Assembly (NCBI RefSeq): GCF_001194135.2
Contig: NC_068986.1
Span: 63,631,583-63,680,773, forward strand
Direction of reading: 5' to 3'
DNA length: 49,191 nucleotides
Source: Octopus bimaculoides
Taxonomy: Eukaryota
Part shown: positions 32,701 through 46,020 of the stretch, piece by piece
How the letters are laid out: every line of letters starts with the position of its first letter
Position numbering within the stretch: the stretch's first letter is position 1
The notes under the pieces: model-generated
The model's input: only the letters and a program-made list of their open reading frames with translations
Databases searched by the model: none
What the model was told of the DNA's origin: nothing
Program-made: the position numbers and the translations under genes

Positions 32701-35288
32701 TCAAAAATAGCTGAATCAGCATGTCAAGGAGAAGTTACTTTTTGGTATTTGGTTTGCTCCTTCGTGCTCAGGTTCACTTTGTCTTTTGTTCTTTATAAGA
32801 GCAACAAAATATGTACCCCAGGTACTGAGGTTGATATTATAGACTAAAACACTTGAGATGGGGCCCTAGTATGGGTAAAATCAAATAACTGAAGGCATTA
32901 AAAGATAAAAGAAGAAAAATCATATATGTATATAAATGTGTGTGTGGTGTGTACACACACTCTCGCATATGTGTATAAAATGTATGTGTAATATATTTCG
33001 TGACAGTTTTACTCAGCACCATATGACTTTGTCAGCTTTTAGGATGAATTCATCTCATCAGATGTCTAGAAAAGAGCCAACAGTTAAAATATTTATGTAA
33101 CTCATACCATATGTGTTGAATGCCACTTTCTTTCATTTGTCCACTCACTGTGTGTCTATGTAAAATCAAAGGAAGGATAAAGCAATAAGAGTTATGTAAT
33201 CAGTGCTCCTTTGTCATTCCCTTAATTTCAAATTATGTGCTGTACTCATCTAATACTTTATTCTAAAGCATAGGTATATTGAGTTATAATTACAGGTTAT
33301 TAGTATTGCTATTCCTAACTGAAATCCTATCTATCCATATGCATAAGTAGTATCAGTAAGGACCTTATCAAATACAAATTAAAAAAAAAAGAATATTTCT
33401 TTTAATGAAGTATGACGCTACATTTTATAGGAAAGGGGTATTTGTAATTAGTTAATTCCAACTAACTACTGGTAATTATTTTATTGTTTCCAAAGGGATA
33501 AAAGGGCAAAATATCTAAACAATTGTTGCATTTGCTATAAAGATTGTTATAATTTCTGTACTGTCATTATGTAAAGTGTTGAGTTGAATTTCTATTGCTG
33601 TCATTACAATGGCTCCCTATAATTATTTTGTTGAGAAGGGTTTATTATAGAGAGACTGAATAAATGATAAGGATGGGATGAAGCTTTTGTCCTAGGTTAC
33701 AGGACAAATGATGCAGCACTTTTTTTTGTGAAGAAATTTGTTTACTCTTTTCCGATTTCATCAACACATGATTGCAGTAATAGTATGGTGGTAGAAAAGT
33801 CATGCCTAAAATATTGGAGGGTGCTTTTGATTGAATCTTATTTTGAGCAGGATCTTTCACTAGCAATTCTTTAGTATGTTGCCTGTTTTTAAGAAGTATC
33901 CTGCCCCCTAAATTAGCTGCAGTATAGCTTGAACCCAAGTTTCAGGAGTTTAAGCAATTGGGAAGGATGCTGTTGTATTGCCACTTTTATCTACATGATT
34001 TTAATTCAGTGTTTATTACAAGCTGTATTGTGTGTTTGCTGTGTGGTGGATTTAGTGGCAGCTACTTCTCCATGGTGCCTATTTACAGTTTGGTTTAATT
34101 GACTATGAATGAAAGGTAAGTGCCTTTGCGAGGGAAAACTGGCAACAGAGGTAGTAGGATACTATCTGTAAATCTTTCAGCTGGTAGGGTAAAATTGACT
34201 CAACTTGGGAAAAAATATATAAATAGATGAAGTGGTGGTGGTTGAGATGGGCAGTTGCTTAGCTTTTGTTGATCTGTTGTAGTTTGGTATGCAAAGACTG
34301 AGAAGTAGAAGTGGACTGTATATAATGTGAATTTAACAGGTTAATGGTGTTTAAATGAGGTAAGGCACCAGTTTTGAGAGACAAAATTTAAGCTATGTAG
34401 ATGTGAAAATGGTGGGTTTCCTTTGGAGGTAAAAATGTCATTGGCTTAACATTAAAGATGAGAAAAGGCAATTGTCAAACAAAGATATAAAAATGTTTTC
34501 CCAAAATGATTGCTATGTATTTTAAAAATACTTCATGATCATTATTTTTGGAATTTTATTAAACTTCAGATATTTCCATTTCATTTTTTTCATTATAGTT
34601 AATTATATAATTATCTTAAACTCATTTTTTAAAACTAAAACTTATATGCAGTCCTATTTTACTTTAAATAGAATTTTATTATTTCTTTTTAAGAGAGAAA
34701 TCTTAAATTGATACAAGCAGTATTTGTCAGTTCCCAACACTTTCTTTCTCATTTACACAATTACTTGGAATTACTATTTTTAAAGAATGGAGCACAGGTA
34801 ATTAAGTAATAAAAATGGAATCTGATAGGGGTGAAACATTATGTATGTTTATTGTTGACATTTCGTTTTGTATTGCTTTGAGTTTTTATTATGGAAATTG
34901 TGACCTTAAGCTAACATAACTAGTTTTACCTCTCAGCAAGTTATATTTTACTAAGTGTTGCTTTATAATGAGTTACTGTTTTAAGGATAGCTCTTAAAAT
35001 TTTTTGTAAGGATTCTATCTACTTCCTGTTGATTCTTCTTAATAATAAAGAATTACTTCAACAAACCTTCTTTCAGAGTTGACCCTCCCAAAGTAATGGT
35101 GATGCTATTTTTAGCTCTGTGTAATTGATGTTCTCATATTCTGTATTGACATGACTTTATTACTTTTGGAATCTGAAAACAGATTGGTNNNNNNNNNNNN
35201 NNNNNNNNNNNNNNNNNNNNNNNNNNNNNNNNNNNNNNNNNNNNNNNNNNNNNNNNNNNNNNNNNNNNNNNNNNNNNNNNNNNNNNNN

Positions 35289-35568
35289 TCCGTCCAGGTA
35301 GAAGCTGCCTCACGCAGCTCTTGCAGCACTATGACTGGATCCTGAAGCAGCTACTTGACACTTTCCTCTCCACGATACCAGACGAACCGATGGCTCGTAA
35401 TGAGACGCAGTTTAGGGCAGCTATGTCAAATTCTCTTATACACCAGATGTGCCATCAAAACTCTTGATTGGACCATGTCAGGTGGGGGAGAAGAGCCATG
35501 CAAGGAACGTGAAAATCACGGTGGTGCACCAGCATGACCGCAGCCACTTGGCTGAAACCCATAAATAA

Positions 35569-35575
<7 letters not shown>
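35289..35575 (+). mobile_element. CR1/L2-like LINE 3' end (ORF2 C-terminus plus 3' UTR)
   Basis: LLDTFLSTIPDEPMARNETQFRAAMSNSLIHQMCHQNS* (stop at 35465-35467); tail ggtggtgcaccagcatgaccgcagcc..ggctgaaac and (TAAA)n. Confidence 0.7.
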
Positions 35576-35604
<29 letters not shown>

Positions 35605-36267
35605 CTACTACCTCTAAGGAATAGTAAACTCAATACATTTTGAGAGTAAATGTTTGATTAAAATTGTGAATTTTCATGCCACTGAATAACCAGAATTTCA
35701 TCCAATTATTAGAAAACTCAGTTTAAAATGAATGTTGTGTTCTGACTTACCAGTGATTTTGTAGTGTGCAGTTTTGCTGGTTTTTAAAAACATTTTGCTG
35801 GAGGATTGTTTCTAATTTAGTTGTTTGTATTTCATCTGGTAATGTATATAGTGTATTTGTGTGTGTTCATAGGCATATGTAATGTACTACAAAATAAATG
35901 TATGTGGTTATGTCTTTCAAGGGTATAATATATGCATGTCTGTGTATTTTTAATCCCACAAAAAGTTTTTGGAATCATTTAGATTCTTTGACCTCAAAAT
36001 GCTCATACACTTCATCACATGATCAGGAGTTGATCTCAATAAAATTTAATCCTCTTATTCACAGACTCCATTTATTTTTCATATGAAAAATATTTTAGAC
36101 TAAACTTTAAATTCATCTTGGTTTTTCATTTCTTTTTTTCTTTTATTTGTAGCCAAATTACTATCCTTAGATGCAAATCATATTCATTTAATCTTATGTT
36201 TTATAATCAAAAACCTTTGTTGTCCAAATTAACATACTCATTTATGCACACACAGCTATACATACAG

Positions 36268-37126
36268 TACATAGTCTAATCAATAAGTATCCGGACTGCT
36301 GTTATAGTAACGAAGCTAAAGCACATGGAGTGAAGCTGCTTGGCACAGATTGACCTTGAGCTCTGCTGTGCATGCCCACTAAGTTTTAACATTGTAGCTC
36401 ACTTCCACTGTTCACAGCAGTGCTCGGAAGTAACATGTATAGCATGTGATTGTCACCATGACAGAAAGTTGAGCAGAGAATCTGCATCAAATTTTGCCAA
36501 AAGCTTGGTGATACCTGCTCAGAGACTTACACAAAGTTTTCAAAAAGTTTCCATTGTTCTCAACAGGATCAAGATCTTGTGCCACTGAAACCCAAGTATC
36601 TTTTTGGTCACCTGAAAGCAGTTTTGACACAAACTTGGTAGATATCCTCTTATATCCAAATCTTCAGTGATAATAAACTGAACTGAACCATAACTAATCT
36701 GCACATCCTCTGATAACTCACGGATAGTGATTCGACAGTTTCTCCTCACAGCTGCATGCACATCTGTGATGTTTTCCTCATTTCTGCTGGTTGCGGGTCT
36801 CCCAGAATGTTCATCTATATCAACATTTTTTTGGCCATCATGGAAACGTCTGAACCCCTCAGACACTTGTGTTTGGCTCATACACTCCTCTCCATACACT
36901 TTCTGCAACTTTGCATAGGCCTTTGAGCAGGTATTGCCATGACAGCTTTCTCTACATATCTTCCTTCCAAGCACTGCTGTAAGCAGCAGAAGTGAGCTAG
37001 GACATTAAAACTTAGTGTACATGCACAGCAGTGTTCAAAGCCAATCTTTGTCAAGTAGTTTCACTCTGTGTGCTTTAGCTTCATTACTATGGCAAAAGTC
37101 TGGATACTGATTGATCAGCACTCATA
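36268..37126 (-). mobile_element. Non-autonomous two-headed mariner derivative (copy 2, opposite orientation)
   Basis: Same architecture and the same internal junctions as 11626-12526; ORF 36540-36974 on the minus strand is the transposase HTH region. Confidence 0.85.
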
Positions 37127-37657
37127 GATACATTAACAAATATAATTAAACTGTTATAATTAGAAACAAACCACCTTTAAAACTATATCTATTGTATACC
37201 CTATACGTCAAACATCTGTTAACCAAATCAACCATTTATAAATGCAACATCCGTTTTTCAATTTTTGCTAGTCAGAGGATTTCTATATCGAAATGAAACC
37301 ACTGATTACAATGAGGTATTAAACTGTCCAATTTCTATTTCGTACACACACTCATATTTATATATATATATATATATTGGGAAAATTTTGCCATTTTTAA
37401 GATATTAGTTTTTAAGACATTCATTTGTATAAAATACTTCACCTCAGTATTCATAGAAAAATAGTTGTTCAGTGCCATAGAAAAATAGTAAATAATAATT
37501 TTGTCAAGTTGCTTTAAAAACATTATATATTGTCTTATGATTATCTCTTAATTTCTCTAAACTTGATTTACTACAGTGATTTTTATAACCTTCTTTTTTT
37601 AACACCAATTTGCTATTTTATGTGGTTGTGAGTGTACATTACTACATGTTCTAATTG

Positions 37658-37870
37658 TCATCATCATTACATTGCATCTGCTTTCTCTGCTGGCATGAGT
37701 TGGAAAGTGTGTCAGTATATGAAATTAATACCCTCCTAGGTAGATGAATTGGAGAACCAAGTCCCACTCATTCTACTTTCAGTTTGGTTTTCTATGGCTG
37801 GATACCCTTTCTAACACCAACCACTGTACAATGTGTACTGAGTACATTTTATTGTGGCATCAGTACTAGA
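37658..37870 (-). mobile_element. Decayed RTE 3' end
   Basis: catcatcatt..tgctggcatgagttgg..ggctggataccctttctaacaccaaccact. Confidence 0.55.
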
Positions 37871-38925
37871 GTTGCCATGTTTTTGACTAAAGAGCACTGG
37901 GTATCAGTAAGAAGTGGCCTGTGGGAGAGCATGTAATGGTTATCTTCTATATGCATTTACATGCCTGTACCAGTGAAATTTTCTCTCCTGCACAGTGCAG
38001 CTGATTCCACTTATATCCAAGTTTTTCTTTCAGTTCATTTGTACTTTACCATCTGTGCACACTATACTAGTTTCATTTCTTTCTAGTTTTCACACAACCT
38101 CCACATTCATGGCTTATGAAATAAGAATATACTCTAAATTGAGCAAGAGCTGTAGTATCTTACTTAGGGTGTTATCAACAATGCCATTGTTGGAAGTTGT
38201 TAGATTTACAAAACTCTCTCATAATAGATTTTGTTGTTATGAAAGGAAATTAACTAAGCGTGCTATGGGGTTAGATATATGACTTTGGAGTACCATCAGT
38301 GAAAAACAATTAAAATATATTGCTTGAAGCAATAAACACAGTATTTGCACAAAGTTAATGGCAAAGTTTACCTGTGAAGGTTTGATTATCTGTACAAGAA
38401 TGAATGATATAGAATATTATACTTGATGGTTAATAGAAGCTGAATAAAGAGAGATTTAGTGAGGTCCATAACAGGGATAAAAAAAGAGATTAAAGGTTTA
38501 GAGAATAATTCTTTCGAAACTCATTTCATAAAGGATGTTTTGATTGAATCAATCAGTGACATTGAAGTACCAAACTAGATAAATTATCACCCATGAATAG
38601 GGATATTCCATCTGAAAGTATGACAGAAGATAATTGCTCAAGGTGCCATACAGTAGGATCAGTCCTAGCAATTGTGAAACAAACTTATTAATCGCAGCAA
38701 TACTTACATGTAAATGTTTCTATGTATCTGCTGAGAAAAGTAGCTTGAGGGAGTGGAGTGATGGATGTGATATGCAGCACAATGAAAATATATGCAAAAT
38801 TCAAATGAATAAAAATTCATATTTTTTATTGTTTTATTATTTTTTGCTTATTTTAGTATATTTCAATGTTTTGTAATTCTGCTAATAATGAGTACTTAGT
38901 GTATCTGCCTTTCTTTTACTTTCAG

Positions 38926-38970
38926 AGTGGTGATTATACTATCTAGCAAGACTACTTTACCAGGACATCA
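38926..38970 (+). other. Candidate 45-nt internal exon of the host gene
   Basis: Branch-like gctaat, pyrimidine tract ctgcctttcttttactttcag, and donor GTAAGT at 38971. The length is a multiple of 3 and one frame is open (VVIILSSKTTLPGH). Confidence 0.5.
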
Positions 38971-39564
38971 GTAAGTATTTTACAATAGTTTGGCATCCAT
39001 AAATGATTTGATTGCTTCTAGATTCTTTGCAATTTATCTGAAGCTGAATTTGTACATTAGAGGTAGGAATCCATTCAGCTGAAAAGTCACTTTTCTGCAG
39101 TTTATAAATTAGCTCAATCAGACACATCAAGTTCAGTTATTTGTACCCTTCATCAAAGAGGGCCTGAAGCTAGTCTATACACTGTCGCTCTTCCTCAGAC
39201 GAAAACAAATTTAACAAAAATTGTGTTTAAAAAGATTTTTTTTTTTTACTTGTTCAATAAAGTGAGATAAATTCATAGCTTCCTATGGGCTAAGAATGAA
39301 ATATCTATCATCTGGTTTAGCACAAGTTTCCCTTGACTACATGACCAAGGGAAGAATAATGTTTTGCAAAGGGAGAGTTATGTTCTGTAGTATAACTGCT
39401 TAAATATCAATTTAGAGACAATGTAAAATAAATTTTATATTTTATAAAATTAGGAGATAGGGGCTAAAGCAATATGATTAAATGTTTCATTAGCACAAAT
39501 TAACACTTGTGATGAAGTAAAATAAATGTTGCATTTGCAAGCATAAAGTGTTTAAAGTATTTGC

Positions 39565-39616
39565 ATGTATGTAATCATGATCTTGAGTCAATGTATGTAA
39601 TCATGATCTTGAGTCA
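39565..39616. repeat. Perfect 26-bp tandem duplication
   Basis: atgtatgtaatcatgatcttgagtca x2. Confidence 0.95.
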
Positions 39617-41281
39617 ATGGCTAATGAAAGTAATGTCACATAGATCAAATTCAGTGTAGACAATTACTAAATAGTATGTGTATGCTTGTGTGTTTGTAAT
39701 CATGGTTTTGAGACCTTATTCTGTCTGTTAGTAGTCTTCAGCTGACAAAGCTTTTTCCATTGACATTTTTTCACAAATTGTGACATTGCTCAAGGAAAGA
39801 TGCAATCTGTTGGAAGTAGTGTATTGAGACTTCCAAATAAAATGACTATCCCTGTAATTTTTTAAAGAATTTTAGTGTCTGCTGCATTTAATATATTTGT
39901 AGCAGTTTTTCTGTATGTTACAGTAAGATTATACTTGTAAACACAGTCTAGATAAACAGTTGTTTCCATCAGCTGCTTTGTTATATCATATTTTATGACT
40001 ACCTAACAAAATATCCATTATAAATGGATTAACATGTTTTTTTAACTGCTGTGACATTTTCTATTATTTATCTCAATGCATCATTTGCCAAAGATACTTC
40101 ATGAAAACAGTTATTATTCTGTCATTTAGAAGATTATTTTCAATGTATGCTGAGGTTAAAGATACTAGTTTTTAGTTTGCTTTGTATCTGTGCATGAATC
40201 TCTATATGTGTATTTACTTACAGCTAATTATATTGAAGTTATTTTTTCTTTCACCTTTATAGCTTTAAGTGCTGCTGTTTTTATAAGCAATTTAACATCA
40301 ACATTTAGTTCAAAGCTGTTTTATGTTCTGATATTGTAATCACATCTTTGGCAAGATGGTTTTATGTTTGGTGCTATATTATACATGATGAAAGATCTTA
40401 TTCTACTCGCAAAAGACACTGAAGTCTTTATGCTTTATCCAGTTAGCAATTTTATTGTATCTTGTTGCATATATCCGTATTTATATTTTCATTCTTGTAA
40501 TTTCTGTTTTAGCAGTTTTACAGAAATAAGTTGGTAATTTGTTATTTTAAACTTATTTGTATTTGATCAATTTATTTTGTAAGAAAATTACTACTAATCA
40601 TTCAGACAACTATATTTTAGATTTATTTTGAAACTGCGTTCAGAGCTAAAATACCTGCTTCACAAAGCATTAGTTAATTTTCCAATTAAATTCTTCTGAT
40701 ATTAACACCATTTCTTATTGCTGGTTAGAATTTAAGAGATATATTGCATCATCATCTTTGTAATTATTAAGCTTAATATATAAGATGTGAACATATTAAG
40801 TTGGCCTTATAGTTCTCTTGCTGTCTTCTTTTTACTAATTCTTTCCCCTTTAAAATAGCACAAGAACAACTTTCTGCAGGGATATGGCAATTCATGGTTT
40901 ACTGACTAGAAAATCTTTATCCCCTTCCCTTTTTTCTAAAAAAAAAAAATTTAAACATGTTTTCGTACTCTAGTTTATTGTGGAGTAAATCTGTCTATAA
41001 ATTTTCTATTAAGTTTCAAGATGTCTGCTAATGATCTTTATGATACCTAATGATTGATTTAGCAGATGGATTTTTTTTTATAGCTTTACTAACAAATAAC
41101 ATGTTCAGTGTTGTTTAATATCCATACCTATATCTTTTATTATAAGTTATTGACAAGTGTCTTTTACTTTTAACTTCTATTTTATAAGTGTACTCCATAA
41201 GACCCCAACTACTTCAGTGGAAATTGGAATGGTTTTATCACAATGTCAGCTTTGGCAATAACAGCAATTTTCTAAAATTTA

Positions 41282-41451
41282 CAAGGAGTGGCTGTGTGGT
41301 AAGTAGCTTGCTTACCAACCACATGGTCTCGGGTTCAGTCCCACTGCGTGGCACCTTGGGCAAGTGTCTTCTACTATAGTCTCGGGCCGACCAAAGCCTT
41401 GTGAGTGGATTTGGTAGACGGAAACTGAAAGAAGCCCATCGTATATATGTG

Positions 41452-41492
<41 letters not shown>

Positions 41493-41697
41493 TTGTGTGT
41501 CTGTGTTTGTCCCCCCAACATTCTCTTGTCAACCGATGCTGGTGTGTTTAGGTCCCCGTAACTTAGCAGTTTGGCAAAAGAGACTGATAGAATAAGTACT
41601 AGGCTTACAAAGAATAAGTCCTGGAGTCGATTTGATTCGGCTAAAGGCGGTGCTCCAGCATGGCCGCAGTCAAATGACTGAAACAAGTAAGAGAACC
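41282..41697 (+). mobile_element. Full-length CORE-type tRNA SINE (OR2-like)
   Basis: A box tggctgtgtgg, B-box-like gggttcagtccc, CORE-like ggcaccttgggcaagtgtcttctactatagtctcgg (similar to the MIR core), internal (AT)(GT) tract, and LINE-like tail. Confidence 0.9.
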
Positions 41698-42254
41698 TTG
41701 ATATTTCTGTGCTACTGGGTTTTGGGCAGATTTATTCTAAACTGACCATTATTATCCCCATTGCTATTTATAGTAGCTTCTTCTGTTAGTTATATATTAC
41801 TTTTGTTCCTAAACCTTCTTTTTATATTCTATTTTCCAACTTGTTAATGGAAAGTACTTGTAAAATATTGTTGAAAAGATAAATGTATGCCAATAAGCAA
41901 ATATTTCAATAGATAAATGACATGTGCAATTTTTATAACCATGAGTTCAAAACCATACTACAGCAACTGCACATTGTCCCTGAATGTAGCACATAAAACT
42001 CTACTTCTTTTGACTAACTTGTTCATAGTATAGAACTTGAATATAACTACCCAAATAGAAAGCAAATTTTTAAATGTAGAAACTGGTAATTGTTTTATTA
42101 CAGACATTTGTGGTTATATTGATTGATATGAAATTGATTTTCTCACAATAAACTAGTATCTGATGGTTTTAGTTCAAAGCCGCTTCTTAAGTCATTGAAA
42201 CAATAACTTCCTCAAATATAATAGCAGAAGCTTAAAACTTCTTAATTGCAGCCA

Positions 42255-42640
42255 TTGTTGTTTGCCCTGGGTCAGTTCTGATCAAGCAAACCTAATCTCA
42301 AAAGGATTTTGGTCATGATTATCTTGTTTTTGAGAGTGTCTAGAATTACATTATATATTATCATCATCACTAGCATCATTTAATGTCAATTTTCCATGCT
42401 GGCATTGGTTGGATGGCTTAACAGGAATTGGCAAATCAGAGGACTTCACCAAGCTCCATTGTCTGTTTTGGCATGGTTTTTATGACTGGATGCCCTTTTT
42501 AATGCCAACCACTTTACAGACTGGACTGAGTGCATTTCACATGGCACCAACACCTGTGAGGTCTATATTTTTTAAGATTGGAGAGTGTAACATGAGGAAG
42601 ATTTGGCTTCTATTCTTAGCGAGTAAGTTGACTTGAGAAA
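42255..42640. repeat. Unclassified repeat (family of 2835-3030) interrupted by an RTE 3' fragment at about 42360-42560 (minus strand)
   Basis: The two halves of the repeat flank a catcatc..tttccatgctggcat..ctggatgccctt..gccaaccact segment. Confidence 0.55.
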
Positions 42641-43429
42641 ATCTGTCTTTGGCTTTTGTCTGCAGTATGTATTTATTTTATGGGAAAATTTTGTCATTTA
42701 TAATTGTAAACAAATTATTCTGAAACAAATCACAGCTCTAAAACTTTTAGAAGTTGGGCTAATAAAGGACAAAAGTGTGTGTGTTTGTGTGTCAGAGAGA
42801 GAGAGAAAGAAATGCACTGTTTTATGTCGGATGTTTTTAATTTCTAAAATTAAAAAAAATATTGGAAATATTTACTTGTGTCTTAAGGGGCTTAATATAT
42901 GTACTATTCAATAAATTTAATATTCCTTAGAATAAGTCCCTTGTTAACTAGATAACCCTTTGGTTTTTATTTCAAGATGTAATGGGCTCATTAAAAAAAA
43001 TTGATAATTTGATGTACTGTGGATATTTTCTATCATTAAAAACATTAAAAAGAGCAAGGAACACTCGTTTTGTGGTGTAATGTTTTTTATTTGTTAAATT
43101 AGCTGTTTAATTAATTTCTTGTATATTTAGAAAAAAGCCATTCAAACTACTTCATAATTGTATTAATTTGTAAAGATCATGAACCCAATTTTCATAAATA
43201 GTACGTTAATGTTTTTTTCCCATCTTTTTTCTTTATAAATTAATATCAGCCATGTTGTCATTTAAATCATATTTACATATGTATGTTCACAGGAATATGT
43301 GTGTATATATGTGTATGTTCGTAGAAGACACAAACTTATATATGTACATCTTATATATGTACAAACTTATATATGTATATGGATCCACTTGAAGAAGAAA
43401 AGAAAGAAAGGGTGGAGAAAAAGAAAATA

Positions 43430-44270
43430 TCAAGAGCCTAGGAAAGAAACTAAATGTCAAATATACTTAGCAAGGAGAGAAGCTGGAAATAAGAGGTTTG
43501 CATACATTCTGCAACATAGGGATCAGAAGTGTGATGCCTTCCAGATTACAAGACAGTGCACTAGAAAAAATCAAGACCTTGTTGGAGAGAAGCGTGTACA
43601 GAATGATAGTGGAGCACTTGATCTCACTGATGTCAAAAGAAAGAGGTGTGGAAATGCTATTATGAGGGGGTTGTCATGAATAGAATCCATGGGAGTGTGT
43701 GGCCGACATGAAGTAGACTTAATAGATGGACCAGCTATTGAAAGTGTGTAACGTGGTCAAAAGTTCAATTAAGGATATTAAAATAGAGAATGCATCTGCA
43801 CCATCAGAAACAATTACCAATATTCTTAAAATATCTGGTAGTCAGTCTTGTAGAATAAGAATGGAGTGTAAAAAATTCAGGCAGTAAAGGATTCCTTTGT
43901 CAGGGTGAAGAGTAGATTGTATGATGTTGTGTATGAAGTGTAATATTGTGGAGAGAAATGGCTCTTGAATGTATAGGATTTGTAAAGGCTGAAAAGAAAT
44001 GAGGCAACCATGCATCACTGGATATATATGTTAGTATACATGAATGATAGAGAAAAAGTGGAAATAGGCAGAATCAGTTGTAATGTGCAAGAGAGAACTA
44101 CGCTGATAGAGGCTGTAATGCATATGGAGGATGTGAATTGTATAAAGATGTTTCAAGAACTCCAAGTGGATGGAATCTGTTAGGAAAGAGACATGGAAGG
44201 TATGGGATGAACTGGGGAAGAATGAAGCAAAGGAGATGTCAAAGGACTGTACTGGAAATGATCTCTCTCA
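43430..44270 (+). pseudogene. Decayed, internally deleted RTE LINE ORF
   Basis: RKETKCQIYLARREAGNKRFAYILQHRDQKCDAFQITRQCTRKNQDLVGEKRVQNDSGALDLTD is the typical RTE EN-RT linker; decayed C-terminal motifs follow. Confidence 0.65.
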
Positions 44271-44930
44271 TCTCATGCAAACATAAAATAAATGGGTATA
44301 AGCTGATAGTTATAGTGATGGTAAGGAAGTTTGTGATGTGTAATATTTACATTTGTCTCTCTCGACTATAATGTTATTATTAAGTCATCATAGAAGGTGG
44401 CATGCTGGCAGAATTGTTAGATCTTCATATACCATTCTATTTTGATTTTGTTCACTTTTCCATCTATCTCTTGCTTTTTCTCCTTTCAATGTACCTTCCT
44501 AATCTCACTATGTCACCCTCCATGCTACATGTCTAAAGAAGAATGCTATTGCATTGGATTTGTCTGTATTTAACATACACCCTTCTTTGTTGCTAACCAT
44601 TCTTTCTCCCTATGATACTCTCTCTCCCTTATCACTTATTATTAACATGCATCATTCTTACCACCACCACCTACCTTTATGTTACCTGCTCCTCTCTCTC
44701 TCTCTCACACACACACATTACCTCTTCTTTACCACTCGTTATTAACTTCCATCACTTAAACAACTCCTATTACCCTCTCTTCTTGCTACCACATCTTCAC
44801 ACTGCTCATGCAGTTTCTATTCTATCTCTTTACCAACATTTGTCATGTACCTGTTTCTCAGTTTCTCGCTCTTCCATTATTCTCTCTATCATTGTCTTGT
44901 TCCTATCACTTTCTATTGGTTGATAGCATT

Positions 44931-45760
44931 AAGCAGTGATGTGTATAAATATGAACTTGTTACCAGTTCAAATATTCTTGAGGCAAGGAAACCAATAGCT
45001 ATGTTTTGTCATGGAGAAAATTTCTCGCTTTTGACAAATGGGTGGTAAATTCACTGAATCAGCTCACAACTACACTTGATTCAGATAACGGATAAGGCAG
45101 CACTGCAAACTGACATGAGCAACTGTATCTCTCTTATGATATTCCTATCATCATTCAATGATTGGTAGTATTATATGGCAGCTCACCGTAAATAAACTAT
45201 GGGGTGACAGTGCTAAGCAGTGATGTGTATAAATATGAACTTGTTACCAGTTCAAATATGCTTGGAGCATACTCGAACATGTAAGAAAGCCATTCATGAA
45301 GAAAATTTCTCGCTGTTGATAAATGGGTGTTATTACACCAAATCAGCTCACAACTTTGCTTGACCAGACTGAGGGATGCATGCATTCTCCATGATGAAAC
45401 AGTGAATGTTTGAATATGTATCAAGCATATCTGAACTGGTAATAAGTTTGTATTCATACACATCACTGCTTAGAGCTGTTACCCTGTAGTTCATCCCTGA
45501 GTAGCCCTACAAGTCATTGAATGATGATTGGAGTATCGTAAGAGAGATAGGATCTCTTGTGTTGGCTCACAGTGCTGCTTTGTCTGGTTTCTGAAGAGAT
45601 AACTACTCTGAAATGCATGCATCTCACAGTCTGGTCAGGTGGCACTGTGAGCTGATTTGGTGTATTTGCACCCATTTCTCAACAGTGAGAAATTTTCTCC
45701 ATGACAAAACACAGTGGAATATTCCCCAAGCATATTTGAACTGGTAACAAGTTCATATTT
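44931..45760. repeat. About 285-310-bp unit in tandem and inverted arrangement (large imperfect palindrome)
   Basis: The motif aagcagtgatgtgtataaatatgaacttgttaccagttcaaatat occurs at 44931 and 45215 (+), and inverted at 45423-45471 and about 45728-45760; the inversion centre is at ATGCATGCAT 45376-45385. Confidence 0.9.
45585..45630 (+). ncRNA. Degenerate hammerhead-like core in the repeat unit
   Basis: CUGAAGA (45591)-12 nt-GAAA (45610)-UGCAUGCAU-C: palindromic stem III and AUC triplet; stems I and II are imperfect. Confidence 0.35.
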
Positions 45761-45801
45761 CTTCTATTACTCTCTCATGCTCATCCCCTTACCAATAGTC
45801 T

Positions 45802-46020
45802 TAACTTTTTTGTTACCCTATTTCTGTTGAGATACTCTGTATTTACTTCAATTAATTTTGAAAATAATGAAGAGTTTAGTAAAATAACCTTGTCATTATT
45901 AATTGGTGTTTGGATCATAAATTAACTTTTAAGATCTGATGGAAGATTTTAATTCAGATCCCTTGAAAACAAGAGGTTTGTACCACAGAGCCAGGGCAGT
46001 CTCAGGTGGGTTGGTATCAT
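45802..46020. mobile_element. Possible TTAA-type MITE remnant
   Basis: Starts ttaacttttttgttacc; the opposite end is decayed. Recognised from memory only. Confidence 0.3.
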
